Positions 35,905 through 44,750 of a stretch of 64,000 bases of DNA are shown piece after piece (positions within the stretch are counted from its first letter, which is position 1; each line of letters opens with the position of its first letter). Source of the DNA: Candidatus Magasanikbacteria bacterium RIFOXYD1_FULL_40_23 (GTDB taxonomy: Bacteria; Patescibacteriota; Patescibacteriia; Magasanikbacterales; GWA2-37-8); contig MFRA01000005.1 in NCBI GenBank assembly GCA_001783215.1, positions 29,845-93,844 of the forward strand, written 5' to 3'. The position numbers and the translations under genes were made by a program. The notes under the pieces were generated by a model. It saw only the letters and a program-made list of their open reading frames with translations, ran no database searches and had not been told where the DNA came from.

Positions 35905-36694
35905 TATGGAACAGTTAACTACACAATTAAAAAGCCTTGGGCTGGGGGAATACGAGTCCCTGGTGTATGGTGTCCTTTTAAGTGCTTCTCCGGCAAGCGC
36001 TACTTTTATAGCAAAAAAATGTAGTCTTTCTCGCAGTAGTGTATATACAACGCTTAGCAGTCTTATAGCCAAAGGATTAGTAGGCACAACTTACAAAAAT
36101 AATGTGAAGCAGTTTACAGTCCAGGACCAAACAGCCCTTGAGCAATTATTAAAGAAAGAAAAAGAAGCGTTGGATAAAAAATTTAAATTAGTGGAGTCTC
36201 TAAAAGATACGGCCAAGTTTTTTGGACGATCTGATATGCAAATACCACAGATTATATTTTTTGAAGGACAGGAAGGGCTAAAGAAAATATATTTGTCTAT
36301 GATGCGCCAGGCTCCAAAGAACTCCACACGTTATCTTTTGCGAGACGAGTTCGTGTGGCAGTCAGAATGGGAGTTTGTTTTTAAACAAGATTGGAACGAT
36401 ACAGTAAAACGATGGGCAGCAGAAAAGAAGATGAAGACAAAGCTATTGGTAAATTCGTCAAAACTAGAAAAGAGCAAAGCTAAATTTTATCAATCTCAAA
36501 AAGCTTTTGAATATAGATTTTTGCCTATTCAAAACGCTATTCAGCAGTTTGCCCAGTACATTATGGGAGACACTATTGCCATAATGTCCATGGAAAAAAA
36601 TAACTTCGTAGGTATTCAGATTACCAACAAGCATTTGGCCGATAATTTTAAAAATAATTTTGATACGCTTTGGAAAGCTTCTTCTGCTAAGTAA
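35905..36694 (+). CDS. TrmB-family transcriptional regulator
   Basis: MEQLTTQLKSLGLGEYESLVYGVLLSASPASATFIAKKCSLSRSSVYTTLSSLIAKGLV is a wHTH. Start trimmed from the track ORF. Confidence 0.55.
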
Positions 36695-36747
36695 GGGGCT
36701 TTGGTAATAGACAAAACGATTAGTTTTAGTTAGAATTGATTTTCAAT

Positions 36748-36832
36748 GGAGAGGTGTCTGAGTGGTTGAAAGTACCGCTCTCGAAAAGCGGTAGGCCGCA
36801 AGGCCTCGTGGGTTCAAATCCCACCCTCTCCG
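36748..36832 (+). tRNA. tRNA-Ser (anticodon CGA), class II; CCA not encoded
   Basis: GGAGAGGTGTCTGAGTGGTTGAAAGTACCGCTCTCGAAAAGCGG...GGTTCAAATCCCACCCTCTCCG. The anticodon loop CTCGAAA gives CGA. Confidence 0.8.
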
Positions 36833-37163
36833 CAGCGTAATGAAATGAAGCGAGGAAGAGGAGAGACCAAACTGCTTTGGTCGCGAGTGGGGTTTGAACG
36901 CCGGAGCGATGTTTGGCGACGCAGGCGAGCGAGCTAAACCGCGAGGCGGCCCGCCCGGATGAATCCGTTCGGACGGGTGGCTAGACAAAATTTTCGGAAG
37001 AAAATTTTAGTCGAAGCAAAATCCCACCCCCCCCCGCTTTTTAATAGTATTTTATAGGTTTATATAGTAAACTTATAAAATATCTTTAATCTTTATAGGT
37101 TTTATACTAAAAGTTATAAATTAACCTTGACTTTTATAGGTTTTTGTGGTATAATATTTTCAT

Positions 37164-37889
37164 ATGAATGAAATAAAATTACGAATAGGCGAAGCTGCAA
37201 AGATACTGGGAGTATCGGAGCAAACCATGCGAAACTGGGAAAAATCTGGCAAACTTCGTGCCGAGCGAAGTAGAGGGAATCAGCGCTTTTATTTATTAAA
37301 AGACCTCAAAATTTTTTCCCTTGATTTAAAAGTATTGGCTTTAGCATGGGCTACAAGTGCTTTACCACCAGAACTTCCTAGCGAATATTACTGTGAGCGA
37401 CCAGATCGTTTTACAAGTCGAGTGGCCAGGATGGGTGCCGAACTTCAGAAGGCTGGAGGAGTGTCAGAAGATTTAGCATCTCTTCTAACCCTTGTTGCTG
37501 GGGAAATTGGTGATAATTCTTTTGCTCACAATGTTGGTAATTGGCCGGATCTTGCGGGTGTGTTTTATGGATACAACATAGATAAGCGAATTATAGTAAT
37601 TGCAGACCGAGGACGTGGTGTGAAAACAACACTTCAGCAAGTCAGACCCAATCTTGCAACGGATATAGAAGCTCTTAATGTAGCTTTTACAGAAATTGTT
37701 TCTGGAAGAAATCCGGAAAAGCGTGGCAACGGACTCAAAGTGGTTCGTAAAGTGACAGAGTCAAAAGAAATCGGTCTTTTATTCCGTTCGGGTATCGGGC
37801 TCGTTACCATACCCATTCATCCCGGACCGATGCGAATAACGATGACTGATGGAAATGTTCGCGGAACATATGCTGTTATACAATTTTAA
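37164..37889 (+). CDS. fusion of a MerR/Xis-type HTH with a GHKL (HATPase_c, RsbW-like anti-sigma kinase) domain
   Basis: HTH: MNEIKLRIGEAAKILGVSEQTMRNWEKSGKL. ATPase N-box-like GEIGDNSFAHN and G-box-like IADRGRGV. Confidence 0.5.
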   Translation: MNEIKLRIGEAAKILGVSEQTMRNWEKSGKLRAERSRGNQRFYLLKDLKIFSLDLKVLALAWATSALPPELPSEYYCERPDRFTSRVARMGAELQKAGGVSEDLASLLTLVAGEIGDNSFAHNVGNWPDLAGVFYGYNIDKRIIVIADRGRGVKTTLQQVRPNLATDIEALNVAFTEIVSGRNPEKRGNGLKVVRKVTESKEIGLLFRSGIGLVTIPIHPGPMRITMTDGNVRGTYAVIQF

Positions 37890-37900
37890 ACATATTAAAT

Positions 37901-38215
37901 ATGCAAACCATCCAACTTAAAAAATTTGGCAACGTACTTGTTTCTCGACCAGCAGGCCTGGAAGCTTTTAATGCTATTCGCCCACAACTTAATCCTGATA
38001 CACCTATTGAAATTGATTTTGACCAAGTATTAACTGTAACGCCTTCATGGCTTGATGAATTTTTAACACAACTTACAGATTATAATGGAGGAAAGGTGGA
38101 GTTGCTTCCTACTAAAAACGCGTCCGTACTTGCGGCACTGCCAGTATTGGCAGAGGCACGTAAAGATTTTGTTGCCGCTACTGTTTTGCGAGCTCTTAAG
38201 CAAATGCAAGGTTAA
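37901..38215 (+). CDS. STAS-like (DUF4325-type anti-sigma-antagonist-like) small protein
   Basis: 104 aa. IEIDFDQVLTVTPSWLDEFLTQL resembles the STAS core. Immediately follows the GHKL gene. Confidence 0.4.
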   Translation: MQTIQLKKFGNVLVSRPAGLEAFNAIRPQLNPDTPIEIDFDQVLTVTPSWLDEFLTQLTDYNGGKVELLPTKNASVLAALPVLAEARKDFVAATVLRALKQMQG

Positions 38216-38306
38216 AATTATATATTAAGTGTTTTTATTTGAACACTTTGCTTTAATATATCTAATATTATAAACAAATATTTAAGAATATTTAACTTAA
38301 CAAATC

Positions 38307-38678
38307 ATGGAAGAGATTGATGTAATTTATAATAGGTATGGAACGCCAATGTTAAGGTTGCTAGAAGATGGCAGGCTTGTTTCGTTCACGGGCAAAAGTA
38401 TTGGATTTATAAAAGAAAGTAATTTGTTTAATTACTCAGGGGAATATTGTGGATGGTTTGAAAATGGAATAATGAGAGATCAAAATGGACATTGTGTTGG
38501 GTTTGGGGAAAACGCAAGTGATTTCCCAGCACCATTTTTTCCCTTTAAGCAGTTTAAACCCTTTCCGGGATTTGTAGAATTTGAACCATTCCGTCCTTTT
38601 ACAGGATTTATTCCTTTTAAGCCATTAAAAACTTTTTCTTGGTCAGAAAAAGACCCGATAAGTTTATTTTTTAAATAA
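38307..38678 (+). CDS. hypothetical protein with C-terminal Pro/Phe repeats
   Basis: PFFPFKQFKPFPGFVEFEPFRPFTGFIPFKPLKTF. Confidence 0.35.
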   Translation: MEEIDVIYNRYGTPMLRLLEDGRLVSFTGKSIGFIKESNLFNYSGEYCGWFENGIMRDQNGHCVGFGENASDFPAPFFPFKQFKPFPGFVEFEPFRPFTGFIPFKPLKTFSWSEKDPISLFFK

Positions 38679-38679
38679 T

Positions 38680-39036
38680 ATGTCGGGGAATAATAATGGA
38701 AAAAATAAGAATGATTTAACACCAAGGGAGCAAAAGACCACGGCTGCTTTTAAGATGCTTTCAGGTCAAAATGATACGCTTAAAAAATCACTAAAAAAAA
38801 CACAGGATGAGCTGGAGAAGATGCGTGCTGAAAAATTTCAGCACGAAAAAAGAAATGCAGTTTTAGAAAATAAACAAAAAACTTTAATTTGGATCGAAAT
38901 TTTTAAATTTTTGTCGAGTGCCGGAGTTGGTTTTGCCATCAATTATTATTTTATAGGAAATGTCAGCTATGCCCTTGTTGTCGGAATACCGTCACTTCTC
39001 CTTTTTATTGTAGTTGAATTTTTATCAAATAAATAG
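38680..39036 (+). CDS. hypothetical coiled-coil protein with a C-terminal TM helix
   Basis: N-terminal KKSLKKTQDELEKMRAEKFQHEKRNAVLENKQK. C-terminal hydrophobic segment. Confidence 0.35.
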   Translation: MSGNNNGKNKNDLTPREQKTTAAFKMLSGQNDTLKKSLKKTQDELEKMRAEKFQHEKRNAVLENKQKTLIWIEIFKFLSSAGVGFAINYYFIGNVSYALVVGIPSLLLFIVVEFLSNK

Positions 39037-39067
39037 TAACGAGGCCGTGCTAAAGCCTCGTATAGAC

Positions 39068-39877
39068 CTACTCATTCACCAGCCGCTTTGAGCGCTCTGC
39101 CAGCGCCAGAAGTTCGGCATTGGTATATTTCTTCCGCACGATTGGTTGCCAGTCGTGTCCGGCAAACGTCGGGTCGTACGGATTTACCGACCTAACCCAG
39201 CCAAGGTGTGGCAAAACTTCCATCGGGTCGTTTGGGTTTACACGCGTGTAGTGGATTACTTGGCAATTGCCGATTTTGAACCATTTCTGGTTTTCGCTTT
39301 CCACCGTATGGTAGGTATCTGCGGTCATGTGCTCCAAGATAATGCGAAAGGCCTGCATCAGGCCGCCGTGCGAGACAATAATCACCTGCTTGTCTGCCAT
39401 CTCGCGATGTAGTGTGCTGAGAATATTGGTGCGAAGTCGATCGCAAATCTCTGGAATGGATTCTCCATCGGGCCAAGGCGCGTAGAGTAGATGCTGTTGG
39501 CGCAGCCGCATATACCTTTGGAACTGTTCTTTCCGCGTACTGTTGGCAAGCATATCCACTTGGCCATGATCGCGTTCGCGAAGCTGGAAGTCCATATTCC
39601 AATCTGCATCTGGCAGATCCAGCAGTGCAGCCGTTTCTACGGCTCGTGTATATTCCGACACGTAGTAGCCGTCAAATCGGTCTAGTCCTTGGCTTTTTAG
39701 CCAGTCGCCAGCCATTTTGGCCTGCACTTTGCCTTTGTCAGTGAGTCGCAGTTTAGTGCTGTGCCTGTTTAGAAATTCTGGCGTGAAGTCGGAGTTGTCT
39801 CCTTTGCGCGAACGCCTGTTGGCAATGTTACCTTCGGATTCGCCGTGGCGAACAATTACAAGATTGAGGGGGAGCAT
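39068..39877 (-). CDS. histidine phosphatase (phosphoglycerate-mutase-like) family protein; GC-rich, likely horizontally acquired
   Basis: N-terminal RHG motif VIVRHGESEGN. Local GC is clearly higher than the host. Confidence 0.6.
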   Translation of the reverse strand: MLPLNLVIVRHGESEGNIANRRSRKGDNSDFTPEFLNRHSTKLRLTDKGKVQAKMAGDWLKSQGLDRFDGYYVSEYTRAVETAALLDLPDADWNMDFQLRERDHGQVDMLANSTRKEQFQRYMRLRQQHLLYAPWPDGESIPEICDRLRTNILSTLHREMADKQVIIVSHGGLMQAFRIILEHMTADTYHTVESENQKWFKIGNCQVIHYTRVNPNDPMEVLPHLGWVRSVNPYDPTFAGHDWQPIVRKKYTNAELLALAERSKRLVNE

Positions 39878-40038
39878 TTTGTTTTTCCTTGGTTTGGGTT
39901 GGTTGTTAATGAACTGTCTGAAAGTAATATAACAAGGAAATAAAAATTATGTATCAAAATAGATACTAAAGTGTATCTATGCATTTTTAATCTGGGCTAT
40001 TGACCCTTTGTTTAAAGAGGTTTATACTATAAATATAA

Positions 40039-40782
40039 GTGTATCTTTTTATATACAGTGTGAAAGAATTACTAATAAAACTCGGTCTATCTACAATAGA
40101 AAGTGCTCTATACGAAGCTTTGGTAACAAAAGGGTCTTTGTCTGTTTCGGCGCTTGCCGAAGCTAGTGGTTTGTATCGCCCACAGGTATATAAATACCTT
40201 CCAGGTTTAATAGACAAAGGTTTGGTTACAGAAACTCGACACGGAAGCAGAGTGGTATATATGGCTGAGTCGCCACGACATCTGGAAAAATTAATAGATA
40301 ACTTGAAAAGCGAAGTTTGCGGACAGATGCCACAACTGCTCAAACTATATTCCAATACAGAGAGCCGTCCGACTGTTAGTTATTTTGAAGGTGAAAAGGG
40401 AATTCGTCATATCTACAAAGATTTGGTAGCCACATGCAAAAAAGGCGATATTTTTTATCGATACGAATCACCACGCAACTACCATGCAGTCCGTAAATAT
40501 TTACCTCAAGAATACTATGATCGTTTTCGAGATAGCGCCGAGGTAGAACGCCTGATAATTACCAACGAAGTGACCAAGCAACAGAAAAAAGAACGTCTTG
40601 GCCGTATTATCAAGGTGGTTCCACCAAAGTACGATTTGTTTGACTATGATATTTCCCAATTAATTTATGGAGACAAAGTAGCGTTTATAGATTTTCGTTC
40701 CGAAACTGCCAGCCTAATAGAGAGTCCGCTATTTGCCCAGTTCCAGCGAAAAATATTTAAACTTTTGTTTGATAAACTGTAA
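40039..40782 (+). CDS. TrmB-family transcriptional regulator
   Basis: wHTH LGLSTIESALYEALVTKGSLSVSALAEASGLYRPQVYKYLPGLIDKGLV. The start may be an internal GTG. Confidence 0.55.
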   Translation: MYLFIYSVKELLIKLGLSTIESALYEALVTKGSLSVSALAEASGLYRPQVYKYLPGLIDKGLVTETRHGSRVVYMAESPRHLEKLIDNLKSEVCGQMPQLLKLYSNTESRPTVSYFEGEKGIRHIYKDLVATCKKGDIFYRYESPRNYHAVRKYLPQEYYDRFRDSAEVERLIITNEVTKQQKKERLGRIIKVVPPKYDLFDYDISQLIYGDKVAFIDFRSETASLIESPLFAQFQRKIFKLLFDKL

Positions 40783-40787
40783 AATGT

Positions 40788-41441
40788 ATGGAAGAAAATA
40801 TTCTAATCTCAAAAATAGTTGCCGAAGTGAAATTAAAAATGGAAGGCGAAGGCTCCGGCCATGACTGGTGGCATGTATATCGTGTTTGGCAAATGGCCAA
40901 GCGAATTGGCGAGCAAGAAAAAGCAAATTTACTCATTGTAGAATTAGGCGCGCTTTTGCATGATATTGCTGATTGGAAATTTCATGATGGTGACGATACG
41001 GTTGGTCCGCGCGTGGCCGAAGAGATTTTGGCAAAGAATGAAGCATCCCAAGAAATAATTGAAGCAGTAAGTAAGATTATCTCAGAAGTAAGTTTTAAAG
41101 GTGTGGGTGTAAAAACAGAGCCATCTACACTTGAAGGTAAAGCTGTGCAAGACGCTGATAGAATTGATGCTCTTGGTGCAATTGGTATTGCGCGAGCATT
41201 TGCATATGGCGGACATAAAAATAGAGTAATGTATGATCCGAATATAAAACCAGTTATACATACAACTAAAGAGGAGTATATAAAAAGCGAAGGTACAACA
41301 GTCAATCATTTTTATGAAAAACTGCTCTTATTAAAAGATTTATTAAATACCGAGACAGCAAAGGAGATTGCCCAAAGCCGCCATAAATTTATGGCAGAGT
41401 ATTTAGATAGATTCTATAAAGAATGGGAAGGTACTATGTAG
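40788..41441 (+). CDS. HD-domain phosphohydrolase
   Basis: HDWWHVYRV ... LLHDIAD. Confidence 0.7.
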   Translation: MEENILISKIVAEVKLKMEGEGSGHDWWHVYRVWQMAKRIGEQEKANLLIVELGALLHDIADWKFHDGDDTVGPRVAEEILAKNEASQEIIEAVSKIISEVSFKGVGVKTEPSTLEGKAVQDADRIDALGAIGIARAFAYGGHKNRVMYDPNIKPVIHTTKEEYIKSEGTTVNHFYEKLLLLKDLLNTETAKEIAQSRHKFMAEYLDRFYKEWEGTM

Positions 41442-41490
41442 TGTAGATAAAATTTAGAATGGTAGAATTATTATTAATTATAAAAATGTA

Positions 41491-41572
41491 TATAGGGGCT
41501 AAAGCCACATATATACTCATTCGCTCGTAAATAATAAAACAAGTTTGATTATTTAACTCACTCATTTCGTAT
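41491..41572 (+). promoter_or_regulatory. leader element A (TATATA / Box1 ACTCATTCGCTCG / hairpin / Box2 ACTCACTCATTTCG / tatATG) in front of the LUD-domain gene
   Basis: TATAGGGGCTAAAGCCACATATATACTCATTCGCTCGTAAATAATAAAACAAGTTTGATTATTTAACTCACTCATTTCGTATATG. Confidence 0.6.
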
Positions 41573-42190
41573 ATGCAATATAATGAATTAGCAACTAAAG
41601 AGGCCTTACAACAAACTATAGAAGCGCTTGGTAAAAAAAATATAGAAGCGTTTGCAGTAGAGAGTGGCGCAGACGCACTAGCAAAAGTAAAAGAATTGGT
41701 TCCGGCTGGTGCATCGATAATGAATGGCGCTTCTCGTACGCTAGAGCAAATTGGTTTTGTGGAACATCTAAAATCCGGCACTCATGGTTGGAACAATCTT
41801 CACGAAGGAATTTTGGCCGAAACAGATCCAGCCAAACAAGCAATGCTGCGCAAACAAGCAGTATTGTCGGATTATTATGTAGCTAGCGTGCATGCGGTAG
41901 CCCAAACCGGCGAATTACTTATTGCTTCTAACACAGGTAGTCAATTACCTCATATTGTTTTTACTTCTCCTAATGTTATTTTTGTCGTGGGAGCACAAAA
42001 GATTATGCCAACCCTAGCCGACGCTCTTAGTCGTTTGGAAGAATATGTAAAGCCGCTCGAAGACAAACGTGCGCAAGAGGCATATGGTTCCGGCACGGCC
42101 GACAATAAAATTGTAATCTTTAAAGGCGAAAATCCAATGATGGGCAGAAAAGTGAAAGTTATTTTTGTGAATGAAAAGCTTGGGTTTTAA
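41573..42190 (+). CDS. LUD-domain (lactate-utilisation LutB/C-like, YkgG family) protein
   Basis: 205 aa. The ASRTLEQIG ... VVGAQKI pattern is compatible with DUF162/LUD. Confidence 0.45.
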   Translation: MQYNELATKEALQQTIEALGKKNIEAFAVESGADALAKVKELVPAGASIMNGASRTLEQIGFVEHLKSGTHGWNNLHEGILAETDPAKQAMLRKQAVLSDYYVASVHAVAQTGELLIASNTGSQLPHIVFTSPNVIFVVGAQKIMPTLADALSRLEEYVKPLEDKRAQEAYGSGTADNKIVIFKGENPMMGRKVKVIFVNEKLGF

Positions 42191-42271
42191 GTATAAGGGC
42201 TTTGTCGTATACATACTCATTCGTTCGTATAAAGTTAAATATTTTTAACTTTATACTCACTCATTTCGAAT
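42191..42271 (+). promoter_or_regulatory. leader element B in front of the DUF45 metallohydrolase gene
   Basis: GTATAAGGGCTTTGTCGTATACATACTCATTCGTTCGTATAAAGTTAAATATTTTTAACTTTATACTCACTCATTTCGAATATG, with a perfect palindromic spacer AAGTTAAATATTTTTAACTT. Confidence 0.6.
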
Positions 42272-42841
42272 ATGCAAAACAGGATAGAGTTGGGTAAAAG
42301 AATTATAAATTATACTCTTCGTATAAGCAGGCGAGCTAGACATCTACGATTGGCTGTCTATAATGGCGGTGATTTTATCGTCACCGCCCCTCGGCACTTG
42401 AGCTTGCCCGCCATAGAGCGGTTTATTATTCGTAAATCCAAATGGGTGCTAGAAAAAATAGATAAACTGATTTCTCTGCCCAAGCCAGTAAAAATAAAAA
42501 GTTCCAGGATTGATTATATAAAATACAAAGCGGTAGCCAGAAAAATTGCCAGAGACAAGATGGGATACTTTAATAAGTTTTATGGGCATAGCTGGAAGAA
42601 TATTTCTATAAAAAATACAAAGACTCGCTGGGGTAGCTGTTCCAAGAAGGGGAATATTAACTTTAATTACAAAATAGCGCTTCTGCCTGAAAAGTTGGTG
42701 GATTATATAATCGTGCACGAGCTGTGCCATTTGGCGCAGTTTAACCACTCGCGAAAGTTTTGGAGTTTGGTAGCCCAAGCAGTCCCCGACCATAAACAGA
42801 TTAGAACAGAGCTTCGCAAGATTGGGCTAACTGCAGGCTAA
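42272..42841 (+). CDS. YgjP/DUF45-family zinc metallohydrolase (WLM-like HExxH)
   Basis: IIVHELCHLAQFNHS. Confidence 0.65.
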   Translation: MQNRIELGKRIINYTLRISRRARHLRLAVYNGGDFIVTAPRHLSLPAIERFIIRKSKWVLEKIDKLISLPKPVKIKSSRIDYIKYKAVARKIARDKMGYFNKFYGHSWKNISIKNTKTRWGSCSKKGNINFNYKIALLPEKLVDYIIVHELCHLAQFNHSRKFWSLVAQAVPDHKQIRTELRKIGLTAG

Positions 42842-42935
42842 AATAGTGATTTTTACTATAGAAAAGAACCCTGCAGGGGTTGCTTTTTTCTGTATTTGGT
42901 GGTAGTGTATGGCGAAGTGTTTTTAATGTAAAAAT

Positions 42936-43853
42936 GTGGTAAACAAAAAACTTTTTCATGTTACAGATATTGGCGTGCCCCACGGAAATGGGGTAGATTC
43001 CAACGTGCGTATTGCCAAACAATACCGCAGGCTTGGTGTTGATGTTTCTATTATCTCGGCCGGAGATTCACCTTGTCATATAGCTTTTGCTGGCTGTGCC
43101 GACCTTTCGCCAGATGCAGTAAAAAATGCCAACAACACAATGCTAAAATTAGGTTTAAAAATACCAGAGTCACTTCCAGTTTCTCTAAACAGCGCCCCTA
43201 GAAATAGTAAAACTACCCAGAACAATGCCAAAGAAGATTATATCTATCGTGTTAAATATACCGATAAGCCAGCTTTTCTTTTGTATGGTCCGGAAGTTCT
43301 AAAATGGGTTTTGGTTTTTTGTTCTAGAAAATGGGTACAAGTAGAAAAAATACTTTCTATTACAGATATTATCCCAGACACTTCTTGCGGGTCCCAGTTT
43401 AGATCTGCTCAACATTTGCCAATTGCTCACTTTTTGGAATCCGAAGGACGTTTGGAAGCAAACTCAAACAGAGAAGATGTAGATGTAAGTACCATTGCCG
43501 AAATTTTCCCTAACAGAGATAAAAATATTCTGGTTGTACCACCAGACGAATATGGTAATTGCAGATTGGTGGTAGATAAAATTTTGGCTGCCAAAATTTT
43601 GGCAAAAGGAAAAATTAAAATTGCCGGCATTAACAGTAAAGCGCTAAGCACTTGTGAATCTCTTACTTCGGTTGTTCCGGACAAGATTTCTATTTGGCCA
43701 AGCTCTAATTATCTTCCAGATACTACTCTGACTGTACTCAACATCGGTACAAGATGGAAGCCGGGTACAACCAAGACAACCAACAAAGAAGTAATTAAAC
43801 TCTCTCAAAAATTTGCCAAAGAAGTTGGTAAAACATACAAAATTAAAGTTTAA
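42936..43853 (+). CDS. hypothetical protein
   Basis: 305 aa with no secure motif. A weak resemblance to SAM-hydroxide adenosyltransferase-like N-termini ([14 protein letters not shown]) is not relied upon. Confidence 0.3.
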   Translation: MVNKKLFHVTDIGVPHGNGVDSNVRIAKQYRRLGVDVSIISAGDSPCHIAFAGCADLSPDAVKNANNTMLKLGLKIPESLPVSLNSAPRNSKTTQNNAKEDYIYRVKYTDKPAFLLYGPEVLKWVLVFCSRKWVQVEKILSITDIIPDTSCGSQFRSAQHLPIAHFLESEGRLEANSNREDVDVSTIAEIFPNRDKNILVVPPDEYGNCRLVVDKILAAKILAKGKIKIAGINSKALSTCESLTSVVPDKISIWPSSNYLPDTTLTVLNIGTRWKPGTTKTTNKEVIKLSQKFAKEVGKTYKIKV

Positions 43854-43855
43854 AT

Positions 43856-44224
43856 ATGCAACTCAACCAATTAACTCCAGAAGAGGAAAGAGTTATTGAG
43901 CATAAAGGTACCGAAGCGCCATTTACGGGCGAGTACGAAGATTTTTTTGTAGAAGGGACATATCTTTGTCGCCGTTGTAATACGCCATTATATACTTCGG
44001 ATAGTAAATTTCATTCTGGTTGTGGTTGGCCAAGTTTTGATCAAGAGATATCCGGAGCAGTAAAAAAGACTATGGATGCCGATGGAAGTCGTACCGAAAT
44101 TACCTGTGCTACCTGTGGCGGACATTTGGGCCATGTGTTTACCGGAGAAAAATATACACCCAAAGACACTCGTCATTGTGTAAACTCTCTTTCTCTAAAA
44201 TTTGTTCCAAAAGAAAAATTATAA
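43856..44224 (+). CDS. msrB: peptide-methionine (R)-S-oxide reductase
   Basis: [18 protein letters not shown] ... [17 protein letters not shown]. Confidence 0.88.
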   Translation: MQLNQLTPEEERVIEHKGTEAPFTGEYEDFFVEGTYLCRRCNTPLYTSDSKFHSGCGWPSFDQEISGAVKKTMDADGSRTEITCATCGGHLGHVFTGEKYTPKDTRHCVNSLSLKFVPKEKL

Positions 44225-44273
44225 TTCTTCAAACAAAAAATCGACCGTATGGCCGATTTTTTGTTTGGTAATT

Positions 44274-44660
44274 TTAATTGAAATTTATATTAAAACTAAA
44301 CATTCCCATAGAGCACATTCCGCGAATGCTGGTGCCGGCCTTTTGCGCGGGCACATCTACCAAAGTCTCTCCGGAAGGTGGTAAATTTTTTCTATAATTT
44401 AGTGCTGGGATTACGAGAGATGAAGAGCAATCGAAAGTTCCTCTGGTATCTATCTTTATTACCGTGGGCATATCGGCTTTGGCATTGGTAATTCGTGGAG
44501 TATATCCACCCTTGGCGTTTATAGTTATAATCTGTTTGCCGTCTTTGATTTTTATATTATTGGCGCTAGGACCGGTATCTTTTTCTCCGCCAGAAAATAG
44601 TATAGCGCCGGTAATTACGGCAGCCACGAAGATAAAAATGGCAATAAAAGTTTTTTTCAT
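44274..44660 (-). CDS. secreted cupredoxin-like (PF13473-like) protein, copper-island member
   Basis: Signal/TM, then IKIKDGKQIITINAKGG...IRGMCSMGMFSFNINF. Leader element C precedes it. Confidence 0.3.
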   Translation of the reverse strand: MKKTFIAIFIFVAAVITGAILFSGGEKDTGPSANNIKIKDGKQIITINAKGGYTPRITNAKADMPTVIKIDTRGTFDCSSSLVIPALNYRKNLPPSGETLVDVPAQKAGTSIRGMCSMGMFSFNINFN

Positions 44661-44750
44661 ATGCGAAGTGAGTGAGTAAAATATTTAGCTTACTAAAGTA
44701 TTTTCGAACGAACGAGTATGTATGTGGCTTCAGCCCCTATATTAAAAATT
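44661..44750 (-). promoter_or_regulatory. leader element C in front of the cupredoxin-like gene
   Basis: Gene-sense: AATATAGGGGCTGAAGCCACATACATACTCGTTCGTTCGAAAATACTTTAGTAAGCTAAATATTTTACTCACTCACTTCGCATATG. Confidence 0.6.

Noticed and set aside
36880-36945. Possible minus-strand tRNA ending ...GTTCAAACCCCACTCGCGACCA
   Set aside because: Only 66 nt from the best acceptor pairing to CCA, and neither the T-stem nor the D-arm closes properly. Treated as a degenerate tRNA-like remnant (possible att scar), not a gene.
36743-36988. Track ORF 36743-36988 (-) 81 aa
   Set aside because: It overlaps tRNA-Ser(CGA) and the GC-rich tRNA-like remnant and has a Pro/Arg/Gly-rich translation, so it is judged artefactual.
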